Positions 27,729 through 39,687 of a stretch of DNA of 41,468 nucleotides are shown in pieces; position 1 is the stretch's first letter, and the number at the start of each line of letters is the position of its first letter. Below the pieces are notes generated by a model that saw only the letters and a list, made by a program, of their open reading frames with translations, was not told the origin of the DNA and ran no database searches. Made by a program: the position numbers and the translations under genes. The stretch is from Chloroflexota bacterium (lineage in GTDB: Bacteria > Chloroflexota > Limnocylindria > P2-11E), in assembly GCA_005883775.1 (NCBI GenBank), contig VBEU01000056.1, positions 1 through 41,468 of the forward strand, written 5' to 3'.

Positions 27729-28682
27729 CTAGTGGACTGCGACGAGGCTTCTGCGGAAGAAGTCGAGATGCTCGAGCGCGAGACCCGTGCCCTTGGCGAC
27801 GCAGTAGAGCGGGTTCTCGGCTACGTAGCAGGCGACGCCGGTAACCTGCGTCAAGAGCTTGTCCATGTTGCGTAGGAGCGCGCCGCCGCCGGACAGGACC
27901 ATTCCCTTGTCGATGACGTCGGACGCGAGCTCGGGCGGCGTTTCCTCGAGAACGGCCTTCACCGCACCCATGATCTGCTGAAGAACGGGATCCATCGCTT
28001 CGGAGATCTCGTTCGACCCGATCGTGATCGTTCGCGGCAGACCGGCGATGAGGTCCCGCCCGCGCACCTCCATGGTGAGCTCGGGATCCATCGGCAGCGC
28101 CGAGCCGATCTGGATCTTCACGTCCTCGGCGGTGCGCTCGCCGATCATCAGGTTGTAGCGCTTGCGAACGAAGTTCGCGATCGCTTCGTCGAGCTTGTTC
28201 CCGGCGGCGCGGACGCTCCGCGACACCACGATGCCGCCTAGGGAGATGACCGCGATCTCAGCGGTCCCGCCGCCGATGTCGATGATGAGATTCCCGGATG
28301 GCCCCGATATCGGGATGTTCGCGCCGATCGCGGCGGCGAGCGGCTCCTCGATGAGATGCGCCTCGCGCGCGCCGGCTCGGATCGCGGCATCCTTGACGGC
28401 GCGCCGCTCGACGCTCGTGACGCCGGATGGAACGCAGATCATGAGCTGGGGCTGGAAGATGCGGACCTGGCCACACACCTTGTTGATGAAGTACCTGAGC
28501 ATGTACTCGGTGCCGAGCATGAGCCTCGCCTCCTCGCCTACGGCGACGATCCGGGGCCGGTTCGAGCCATCCTCCTTCGCCAGCGCGACGACTGATGGCT
28601 CGGTGAGCACGATCCCCTTCCCACGGACGTAAACGATGACGTTGGCGGTGCCGAGGTCGATGCCGATCTGGCGGGAGAACAC
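27729..28682 (-). CDS. mreB: Rod shape-determining protein MreB, with in-frame loss of about 22 codons
   Basis: [53 protein letters not shown]. Confidence 0.93.
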   Translation of the reverse strand: MFSRQIGIDLGTANVIVYVRGKGIVLTEPSVVALAKEDGSNRPRIVAVGEEARLMLGTEYMLRYFINKVCGQVRIFQPQLMICVPSGVTSVERRAVKDAAIRAGAREAHLIEEPLAAAIGANIPISGPSGNLIIDIGGGTAEIAVISLGGIVVSRSVRAAGNKLDEAIANFVRKRYNLMIGERTAEDVKIQIGSALPMDPELTMEVRGRDLIAGLPRTITIGSNEISEAMDPVLQQIMGAVKAVLEETPPELASDVIDKGMVLSGGGALLRNMDKLLTQVTGVACYVAENPLYCVAKGTGLALEHLDFFRRSLVAVH

Positions 28683-28689
28683 GCGGTGA

Positions 28690-28695
28690 ACTCTA
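28690..28695 (-). promoter_or_regulatory. Putative -10 hexamer for leaderless mreB transcript
   Basis: TAGAGT 7 nt upstream of GTG; no SD. Confidence 0.5.
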
Positions 28696-28728
28696 ACGGG
28701 CTAAAAGACCGAAAGGTGCGCTAACTCG

Positions 28729-29574
28729 TTACGCACCGACCGCTGTGAGAACGAAGTCGGTTGCAAATCCAAGGAGGAGCCCGGCCAGGATGCCCCACGT
28801 CGTCATGTCTTTGTGACCGAGCTTTCGTGCGACGGCGAGCAGCTCGATCACGACATACAGGATGGATCCTGCGGCGAGTGCCAGGAATGCCGCGAAGACC
28901 GACTCGTTCTGAAAGGACTGACCGATGATCGTCCCGACGAAAGTCGGACCGCCCGCGATCAGGCCGAGCGCCCCTAGGAAACGCCAGCTTGGGAGGTGCG
29001 TTTCGCCGGCGAGGGGCCCGACGATGCCGAAGCCCTCCGTCGCGTTGTGGAGCGCGAACCCGATGACCAGGACCAGGGCCAAACGAAGCTGTCCGCCAGC
29101 CGCGGACTGGCCGATCGCGAGACCCTCTGAGAGATTGTGGAAACCGATCCCAAGCGCAATGAAGAAGGCAAGGCGCTCGGCGGGCCGTAACCGTGCGATC
29201 GGGCCGGTCCGAAGCTCACGAACGTCCGCCGCGCCCGGTCCAAAGCGCACCGTCGCGCGGGCACGGCGCGCGAGCCACAGGTCGTAGTACACGAGGCTCA
29301 TCAATCCGACGGTCAAAGACACCGCAAAGACAACGGCGAGCCAGCCAAAGTGGAGCCAGGCTCCGCCGCCCTTGGCCTCCGCGAGCGCCGCCTCAACCGG
29401 CTCGATCCCCTTTGCGAGGACGTCCCAGAAGAGAAAAAGGAGAATGCCCGTTGCGCCGGCGTTCAAAAGCGACCGCATACGGTTGGATGCGCCGCGCAGA
29501 CGGCCGAGCGGCAGGCCCAGGAAAACGGTGAAGCCGGCGATCGCGCCGAGCGCGAGGATCTCGCCCATCGACAT
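28729..29574 (-). CDS. ZIP-family divalent metal transporter
   Basis: GIGFHNLSEGLAIG and GFALHNATEGFGI signature helices. Confidence 0.88.
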   Translation of the reverse strand: MSMGEILALGAIAGFTVFLGLPLGRLRGASNRMRSLLNAGATGILLFLFWDVLAKGIEPVEAALAEAKGGGAWLHFGWLAVVFAVSLTVGLMSLVYYDLWLARRARATVRFGPGAADVRELRTGPIARLRPAERLAFFIALGIGFHNLSEGLAIGQSAAGGQLRLALVLVIGFALHNATEGFGIVGPLAGETHLPSWRFLGALGLIAGGPTFVGTIIGQSFQNESVFAAFLALAAGSILYVVIELLAVARKLGHKDMTTWGILAGLLLGFATDFVLTAVGA

Positions 29575-29643
29575 CGCGGCTCTCTTCCACTCCCGGTGCG
29601 ATACTCGCCGCGGGGGCGCTCCTCTTTTGGTCGCCCTAACGGC

Positions 29644-29662
29644 TAAGGTGAGCCTAACGATT
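29644..29662. promoter_or_regulatory. DtxR/IdeR/MntR-type operator
   Basis: TAAGGTGAGCCTAACGATT matches TWAGGTWAGSCTWACCTWA at 15/19, between divergent ZIP and DtxR-family genes. Confidence 0.75.
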
Positions 29663-29682
29663 TCCGACTGCGGAGGTCAACA

Positions 29683-30330
29683 ATTACCACCTCGCCCGCC
29701 GTGGAGGAGTATCTCCAGGCTATTTACACGCTCGCCGATGAGAACGGGCACGTCGTCTCGGCGCGCCTCGCGGAATTCCTAGGCTTCTCAGCTCCGGCCG
29801 TTTCGGAGATGGTCCACCGGCTCGAGCGCGAGGGTCTGATCGCCCTCGACGACCGTAAAGAAGTGCATCTTACCAAGACAGGAAAGCGGCACGCCGACTC
29901 GGTCGTCCGTCGCCACCGCCTCGCCGAACGGTTCCTCGTCGAGGTGCTCGGCTTTGAGTGGTGGAAGACCCACGAAGAGGCGGAGCGCCTCGAGCATGCG
30001 ATGTCGCCAGAAATGGAGCAGCGCATCCAGAACGTGCTCGGCGATCCGCAGACCTGTCCGCACGGAAATCCGATGCCGGGCGTGATGGGGCGCCCGACGA
30101 AGCCGCTCGAGCGCGTGATCCCGGGGACCACGGCCACCGTCGAGCGCATCCCCGATCAGTTCGAGCACGAACCCGGCTTCCTCGAGTACCTCGACTCGCA
30201 AGGGCTTCGGCCCGGCGTCGACATCATGGTCATCGACCTGCGGCACGGCGAGCCGATCCGTGTCATGGTCGATGGGACCGAGCGGACGATCCGCGCGGAC
30301 TGCGGCCAGAAGGTTTGGGTACGAGCATGA
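29683..30330 (+). CDS. DtxR/MntR-family metal-dependent repressor with FeoA/SH3 domain
   Basis: EEYLQAIY, SAPAVSEMV, RRHRLAERFL, EAERLEH, CPHGNP; start ATT 29683 or GTG 29701. Confidence 0.92.
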   Translation: MTTSPAVEEYLQAIYTLADENGHVVSARLAEFLGFSAPAVSEMVHRLEREGLIALDDRKEVHLTKTGKRHADSVVRRHRLAERFLVEVLGFEWWKTHEEAERLEHAMSPEMEQRIQNVLGDPQTCPHGNPMPGVMGRPTKPLERVIPGTTATVERIPDQFEHEPGFLEYLDSQGLRPGVDIMVIDLRHGEPIRVMVDGTERTIRADCGQKVWVRA

Positions 30331-30995
30331 AAGAGACGCCCGCGATATACGTTCAGGGCGAGGGCAGCTACTGGCTCGCGCACGTTCCGGTGCTCCGTGG
30401 ATGCATTGCCTCGGGGACGACGCGCGACGGAGCGATCACGAATGCGCGGCGCGCTTTCCGCGCGTACCTCGAGCTCCTCGACGCGCGTGGTGTGTCGATC
30501 GAGCACTGGAAAGACCTGGACCCCGCGACCTTCGAGGTGCGCGAGCTGCCAGCCGATCGCGTCGTGCCCGAAGACATCGGGCTGCTCGAGGAGCACGAGC
30601 TCCGCGACTTCCTGCACCAGTTCGAGGCCTCGCGCGCCGCGCTCATGTCTCTGGTCCGCGAGATCTCACCCGAGGAGATCGAGCGGAAACCGACCGAGAC
30701 GATGTGGAGCGTGCGCGAAGCACTGGAGCACGTGATGCTCACCGAAGCCGATTTCTTGTCGCGGCTCGAGAAGTGGCCGGCCGACCCGTACAACACGCTG
30801 CAGGCCGTCCATCGCCTGGTCTTCCAGCGATTCACCGTGATGGAGCCAGCAGACACCGCGCTCGATCACGTGGTGATGGGACGGCGGTGGACGACGCGGA
30901 AAGTGATGCGGCGGATGCTCGAGCACGAGTTCGAGCATTTCGGGCACATCAAGGAGATCGTCGCCGCGCTTGGAGCGAACCGCCCGCCGGAATGA
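30327..30995 (+). CDS. HicB-like N-terminal domain fused to DinB-like domain
   Basis: ATGA overlap; AHVPVLRGCIASGTTRDGA (HicB-like); WSVREALEH and EHEFEH (DinB-like). Confidence 0.75.
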   Translation: MKETPAIYVQGEGSYWLAHVPVLRGCIASGTTRDGAITNARRAFRAYLELLDARGVSIEHWKDLDPATFEVRELPADRVVPEDIGLLEEHELRDFLHQFEASRAALMSLVREISPEEIERKPTETMWSVREALEHVMLTEADFLSRLEKWPADPYNTLQAVHRLVFQRFTVMEPADTALDHVVMGRRWTTRKVMRRMLEHEFEHFGHIKEIVAALGANRPPE

Positions 30996-30996
30996 G

Positions 30997-31863
30997 CTAC
31001 CGAAGTGCGTCGCGAAGGAACGCGAGCACGCGCGCGCGGTACTCGTCCGGGAACGCGTTGATCGCACCGACGTGGCCGCCGCGCGGCGCGACCCACAGGT
31101 CCTTCGGTTCTCCGGCGGCCGCGAACAGCCGGCGGGCTCCATCGAGCGGCGTCGTCGCGTTGTCGTCGTCCGCGGAATGGATGAGCAGGATCGGTCGGGG
31201 CGATATCCGTGAGATCGCATCGAGCGGGCGGGCCTTCGTTACGTCCACCCCGACCATCGCGTTCACCGCCGGGACGCCGAGCGGCGGAACTGGCAGTCGA
31301 AAGGGCCCGACATCAATGACACCGAGACGTGCGAGCTGGAAGTCCTGGTCGGTCCACGCACTATCCGCGACGACCGCCGCGATCCGCGGATCCAGAGCGG
31401 CCGCGAGGATCGCTGCGCCGGCGCCCAGCGAGATCCCGAGCACCGCCACGTGGTCCGTGCGGAACACTTCGCCCGCGGTCTGTACGGCTGCCACGATGTC
31501 GCGCGGCTCCGTCGCCCCCAGTCCGATCGTGGCACCGCCGCTTCGCCCTGCGCCGCGCAGATCGAGGAGCAGCGCGTTGTAACCGGCGTCATGGAGGAAT
31601 CGCGCCCACGGCACCATCTCCGCCCGCGAGGTCTTGAAGCCGTGGACGAGAACGATCGCCGGCGCGCCGACTTTCGCGAGCGCGAGCCACGCCCGGATCG
31701 GCGTGCCGTCGGTCGATTCGAAGGTGACGTCCGCGACGCTGAGGCCGGCCGGCACGCTCGGCTCCGAGTGCTGTGCCGAGACAAGCGAGTACGCACGAGC
31801 GACCGGGAGAAGCACCCAGGCAAGGATCGCAAGGACGATGAGGACGGCGGAGACACGCTTTAC
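30997..31863 (-). CDS. Membrane-anchored alpha/beta hydrolase
   Basis: HGF, DLRGAGRS, GISLG nucleophile elbow, GGH; N-terminal TM extends upstream of first canonical start (31815). Confidence 0.85.
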   Translation of the reverse strand, partial: VKRVSAVLIVLAILAWVLLPVARAYSLVSAQHSEPSVPAGLSVADVTFESTDGTPIRAWLALAKVGAPAIVLVHGFKTSRAEMVPWARFLHDAGYNALLLDLRGAGRSGGATIGLGATEPRDIVAAVQTAGEVFRTDHVAVLGISLGAGAAILAAALDPRIAAVVADSAWTDQDFQLARLGVIDVGPFRLPVPPLGVPAVNAMVGVDVTKARPLDAISRISPRPILLIHSADDDNATTPLDGARRLFAAAGEPKDLWVAPRGGHVGAINAFPDEYRARVLAFLRDALR

Positions 31864-32336
31864 CGCTTTGATTTCGCCCAGCCCGCCGCAGAAGCCGCAC
31901 GCCGTTCGATGATCCCGCGCTGGTCCGCGCGGACGTCCGGAAGATCCGCCGGGTCGAAGGCGCGGAGCTCGACGAGCTCGCTCGACAACCGCTCAATGCC
32001 TCCGACCGGCCGGTACGCATACACGATCTCGACGCGTTGCCAGCGATAGCCCTGATTTGCTTCGAGGATCGGCCCGACCTCGATGTCGATACCGGTCTCC
32101 TCGCGGACCTCTCGCGCCAGCGCCTCTTCCAGCCGCTCGCGCGGCGAGAGGAACCCACCCAGGAAACGCCACTCCGGGGCACCAAAGCGATGGCGCGCCA
32201 GGATCACGTGGCCGTTTGGATCGACGCCAAGCCCAACGACACCGACGAGAAATCGCGCCTGCGTGCGGTCCAAGATGCGCCGCTGCCAGCGCACGGGAAG
32301 GGCGTTATAGAAAAGGGCGAGGAGCCGAAAGAGCAC
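31860..32336 (-). CDS. NUDIX hydrolase
   Basis: GG....E...EALAREVREETG Nudix box. Confidence 0.88.
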   Translation of the reverse strand: MLFRLLALFYNALPVRWQRRILDRTQARFLVGVVGLGVDPNGHVILARHRFGAPEWRFLGGFLSPRERLEEALAREVREETGIDIEVGPILEANQGYRWQRVEIVYAYRPVGGIERLSSELVELRAFDPADLPDVRADQRGIIERRAASAAGWAKSKR

Positions 32337-32408
32337 GGAGACAGACTATGTTCGCTGGCTACAGATGGTCGGCTGCATTGAGATGGTCACCTCCGCCGAG
32401 ATAGACCG

Positions 32409-32750
32409 TTGGTGATCGCTGTGTTTTTCGCGGCGGTAATCATCAGCGCGCTCACGTTCATGTGGTCGCTGCGTTCTCGCATCCGATACCTGCGCCTGCG
32501 GCAGAGATCCGGCGATGTGCCGCCCTTTGCGAAACGGGAGGTCATTGAAGAAGCCTACCGGCGACCATGGACATTCCCGATCAGGGTCGGCGCGCTTTGG
32601 CGCGCGCAGACAGCTTGGGATCGGGTGACCCACGCTGACCCGGTGCTCGCGGCCGCCAAGCGCGAATCTGAGCGGCACCAAAAGCTCGCGTTGGTCGTCT
32701 ACGTCGCCTGTTTAGCGGCCATCTTTCTCGCGGCAGAAATCGGCCGATGA
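32409..32750 (+). CDS. Hypothetical two-TM membrane protein
   Basis: Only plausible ORF in the gap; hydrophobic N- and C-terminal segments. Confidence 0.45.
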   Translation: MVIAVFFAAVIISALTFMWSLRSRIRYLRLRQRSGDVPPFAKREVIEEAYRRPWTFPIRVGALWRAQTAWDRVTHADPVLAAAKRESERHQKLALVVYVACLAAIFLAAEIGR

Positions 32751-32774
32751 GGGCTGGCCGGATTCGTCTGGTTA

Positions 32775-33905
32775 TTACGGCCCACCTATCGGCACCGCCC
32801 CTATTCCATGCGCCTTCGGCACTGGGATCTTCTGCGTGACTGCGCGCGTCTTCACGTCGATCACATTCACCATGCCGTCGACGTTCGTGGTCGTGAGGAG
32901 TCGATCGCCCTCGGGGTCGTACGTCGTGTGAAACGGCTGCTGACCGAGCTTTGTCTCCGAGAGGACCCGACGGTCCTTCCAATCGACCCAGAGGAGGCCT
33001 GGTCCGAGGTGGTCCGAGATGACCATGAGCGATTTGTCCGCCATGAAAAAGACTCCGTCCTGGTCGACCTTCTCGGTGTGGAAGGGATAGGTACCCGGGA
33101 GATGGATCTCTTTCTTCACCGTCTTCGTGACCGGGTCGTAGATGACCATCCGGTCGGACGGCTTATCGAGGAACCCCGAGGAGCTCGACCAGACTTCACT
33201 CTGATCGGGTGTGAAGTACGCATCGTGAACGTCGCTGACCTTGATCTGCGTGATCTTGTTCGTGTCGAGGTCGTACACGCGAAGAACGTCGGCTTGCGAC
33301 GTGTTCGTGAGCGTGAACCAGAGCTCGTTCGGGCGGCTCGGCGCGATCGTGAGCACGTGCTGCGGCACGCCGACCATGAGCGGAGGAAGGGACTTCCAGG
33401 TGCCGGCCTCGAAGCGCGCGATGTAGGTGTCGTGCTCATGACCGACGAAAAGCGTCTTGCCGTCGGGGGACCACGTGATCCCGTGGGGCTGCTTCCCCAC
33501 CATCAGGCGGACGACCTCTTTCATCGAGAGGGGATCGATCACCGAGGTGGTGTTGCCCATGCGGTTGTTGACCGCGACCCACTTCCCATCGGGGGAGACT
33601 CCGAGCTGGTGCGGGAGCTTGCCGACCGCGATCTTTCCGACGAGGGCGTACGGCTCGCCGGGTCTTCCGTCGAGCACCCAGACCTGGTCGGTGCTTTCGG
33701 AGGCAACGAAGATGCGGAGCTTCGAATACAGCGGTGCGGGCGATGGCGCGGGGATCGGCGTCGGCGTGGCAGTCGGGGTCGCGACAGGTTGGACCGCGAC
33801 ACTGTCATCGATGATCGGCGCATAAGCGAGCGTCGAACCGCACGCTGCGACGACGATCGTCCCGATGATCGCGAGCGCAAAGGCGCGAACCACTTTTACC
33901 GCCAC
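32775..33905 (-). CDS. YVTN/YncE-like beta-propeller lipoprotein
   Basis: VVAAC lipobox, PT linker, repeats VGKLPHQLGVSPDGK / VGKQPHGITWSPDGK / QPFHTTYDP. Confidence 0.8.
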   Translation of the reverse strand: MAVKVVRAFALAIIGTIVVAACGSTLAYAPIIDDSVAVQPVATPTATPTPIPAPSPAPLYSKLRIFVASESTDQVWVLDGRPGEPYALVGKIAVGKLPHQLGVSPDGKWVAVNNRMGNTTSVIDPLSMKEVVRLMVGKQPHGITWSPDGKTLFVGHEHDTYIARFEAGTWKSLPPLMVGVPQHVLTIAPSRPNELWFTLTNTSQADVLRVYDLDTNKITQIKVSDVHDAYFTPDQSEVWSSSSGFLDKPSDRMVIYDPVTKTVKKEIHLPGTYPFHTEKVDQDGVFFMADKSLMVISDHLGPGLLWVDWKDRRVLSETKLGQQPFHTTYDPEGDRLLTTTNVDGMVNVIDVKTRAVTQKIPVPKAHGIGAVPIGGP

Positions 33906-33972
33906 TCCACCCCACGTCCCCAGCGGCACACAGCCTAGCGGGTCAGCGAGCGCAGGTGTGTCTAACTCGCCG

Positions 33973-34386
33973 TCATCTGCGTCGGCGCCGACCCTCGCTG
34001 ACGCGCAAGCGGACCAGCGCCCGCTGGAGCTCGGCCCTGGCGCGTTGCTCGTCCGCGGCGGACGCCGGGCCCGCGGCGAGGACCTCCTGAGCGCGGTCAC
34101 GCGCCTGCTGCGCTCGACTCGCGTCGATCTCCTCAGCGTGTTCGGCCGCGTCGGTCAGCACGACCACGCGGTCACTCCGAACGTCCATGAATCCACCGAA
34201 CACGGCGAGCACTTCTTCGACGCCGCCGCGCTTCACCTTGAACTCACCCGGACCCAGGGTGGTGAAGAGCGGCGCGTGGTGCGGGAGGATCCCGACGTAG
34301 CCCTCGGTCGCCGGAGCGACGACCATGTCGACATCCTCCTCGTACACCTTGCGCTCGGGTGTGATCACTTCGAGGTGAAGAGGCAC
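33973..34386 (-). CDS. atpC: F1 epsilon subunit
   Basis: LEVITPER, GILPHHAP, GGFMDV. Confidence 0.95.
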   Translation of the reverse strand: MPLHLEVITPERKVYEEDVDMVVAPATEGYVGILPHHAPLFTTLGPGEFKVKRGGVEEVLAVFGGFMDVRSDRVVVLTDAAEHAEEIDASRAQQARDRAQEVLAAGPASAADEQRARAELQRALVRLRVSEGRRRRR

Positions 34387-34390
34387 TAGC

Positions 34391-36698
<2,308 letters not shown>

Positions 36699-36701
36699 GG
36701 G

Positions 36702-38318
<1,617 letters not shown>

Positions 38319-38329
38319 GTGTATCCCCC

Positions 38330-38860
38330 TTATGAGGCGAGCTGCCGCCCGAGTGCGACGAGCTTGGCATGCACGGATGAATCGATCAGATGGTCGCCGA
38401 CCTGGACTTTCGCGCCCGCGATCAGCGTCGGGTCGACGGCGAACGTCGCGCGAAGCTTCGTCCCGGACTCGCGCTCGAGACGGCTGACGAGCTCGCGGCG
38501 CGCCGGCTCGTCAAGCGCCACGGCTGTCGTGATGCGCGCCTTGGCGATCCCTTCACGCCGGTCGACGAGATCACCGAACGCGATGGCGATCTGTGGCACG
38601 AGGGCGATCCGATCGCTCTCGAGCAGAAGGATCAGAAGCGAGCGGACGATGTCGGGCTCATCGCCAAGCGCGGAGCTGAGCGCATCGACGCGCTGCTTCA
38701 TCGGAACGGACGGGTCGCGGAGTCCCGCGATGGTGAATCGGTCGAAGACCGGAGCGAGCCTTTCGAGCGACGCGCGAAAGTCGCCGACCGTGCGTTCGTC
38801 CGACCCGAGAGCAAGAAGCGCCTCCGCGTAGCGCCGCGCCGCGGATCCGGAGAGCGCCAA
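38330..38860 (-). CDS. atpH: F1 delta subunit
   Basis: [24 protein letters not shown]; position in operon. Confidence 0.92.
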   Translation of the reverse strand: MALSGSAARRYAEALLALGSDERTVGDFRASLERLAPVFDRFTIAGLRDPSVPMKQRVDALSSALGDEPDIVRSLLILLLESDRIALVPQIAIAFGDLVDRREGIAKARITTAVALDEPARRELVSRLERESGTKLRATFAVDPTLIAGAKVQVGDHLIDSSVHAKLVALGRQLAS

Positions 38861-39397
38861 TTAGCCCTGTTCCACAAGGTTCGCGGCGGCTTCGTCGAGA
38901 GACTGCTCGATCAGGGCGCGATGCTGCTCGGCGTCGACCTCGCGGCCCAGCACGCGGCTCGCCGCGAGGACGACCATGCCCGCGAGCTCCGATCGGAGCT
39001 GCGCGAGCGCCTGGTCATGGAGCTGGTTCGCATCTTCGCGGCCGCGTTCGCGGATGCGATCGGCCTCGGTTTTCGCCTGCGTGCGAATATCGTCCGCCGC
39101 GACCTCGGCGGCCTGCGTCGTCCGCTCGGCGATCGCCTGCGCCTCTCGCCGGGCCTCCGCGAGGAGACGCTCGATCTCGGCCTTGAGCTTCTCGCGATCG
39201 GCCTTCGCCTGCTCGGCCAGCGCCAGACCCTCACGGATCCTGCTGGCGCGGGTCGCGAGCATCGTCGTGATCGGGCCCCACAGCAGTCGTCGCATGAAGT
39301 AGAGGAGCAAGAGGAAATTGACGACCGAGACCAGCACCCAGAACGGGTGCACGGTCGGTACGAAGACCTCTTCCTGGAATCCGGGGCTGAACAGCAC
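38861..39397 (-). CDS. atpF: F0 b subunit
   Basis: VVNFLLL..LLWGPI TM followed by coiled coil; SD GGAGG. Confidence 0.92.
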   Translation of the reverse strand: MLFSPGFQEEVFVPTVHPFWVLVSVVNFLLLLYFMRRLLWGPITTMLATRASRIREGLALAEQAKADREKLKAEIERLLAEARREAQAIAERTTQAAEVAADDIRTQAKTEADRIRERGREDANQLHDQALAQLRSELAGMVVLAASRVLGREVDAEQHRALIEQSLDEAAANLVEQG

Positions 39398-39402
39398 TTA
39401 CA

Positions 39403-39422
39403 GCACCTCCGCCAGGAGGTGC
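39403..39422 (-). promoter_or_regulatory. 8-bp hairpin occluding atpF Shine-Dalgarno
   Basis: GCACCTCC-TGGC-GGAGGTGC on the mRNA, 5 nt before the GTG. Confidence 0.6.
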
Positions 39423-39459
39423 ACGTATTGGTTCCGACGAGTGGAACGAGACGGACCCA

Positions 39460-39687
39460 TTACGGGTGCGTCAGGAAGATGAGCAGGATCCCCACGACGA
39501 GCGAGAGCACGCCGAGCCCTTCGGCCAGGCCCGCACCGAGGATGAGGTTATTCCGAATGAGGGGCGCCGCATCCGGATTGCGGCCGATCGCCTCGGACGA
39601 CTTCGCTGTCGCGATGCCCAGACCGATACCCACCCCAAGGACCGCGAAGCCGACGGCGATGCCGGCGGCCAGCCAACCGAGATTCAT
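39460..39687 (-). CDS. atpE: F0 c subunit (H+-type)
   Basis: GVGIGLG, IGRNP loop, LAEG carboxylate; lacks the Q/E/S-T Na+ signature. Confidence 0.95.
   Translation of the reverse strand: MNLGWLAAGIAVGFAVLGVGIGLGIATAKSSEAIGRNPDAAPLIRNNLILGAGLAEGLGVLSLVVGILLIFLTHP

Noticed and set aside
30327-30995. HicAB toxin-antitoxin module
   Set aside because: No hicA-like ORF adjacent; the HicB-like domain is fused to DinB
33935-33970. Sigma70 promoter TAGACA...TAGGCT before the propeller gene
   Set aside because: The 21-bp spacer is too long to call
39460-39687. Na+-translocating ATP synthase or N-ATPase
   Set aside because: The c subunit lacks Na+ ligands and gene order is the standard IBEFHAGDC
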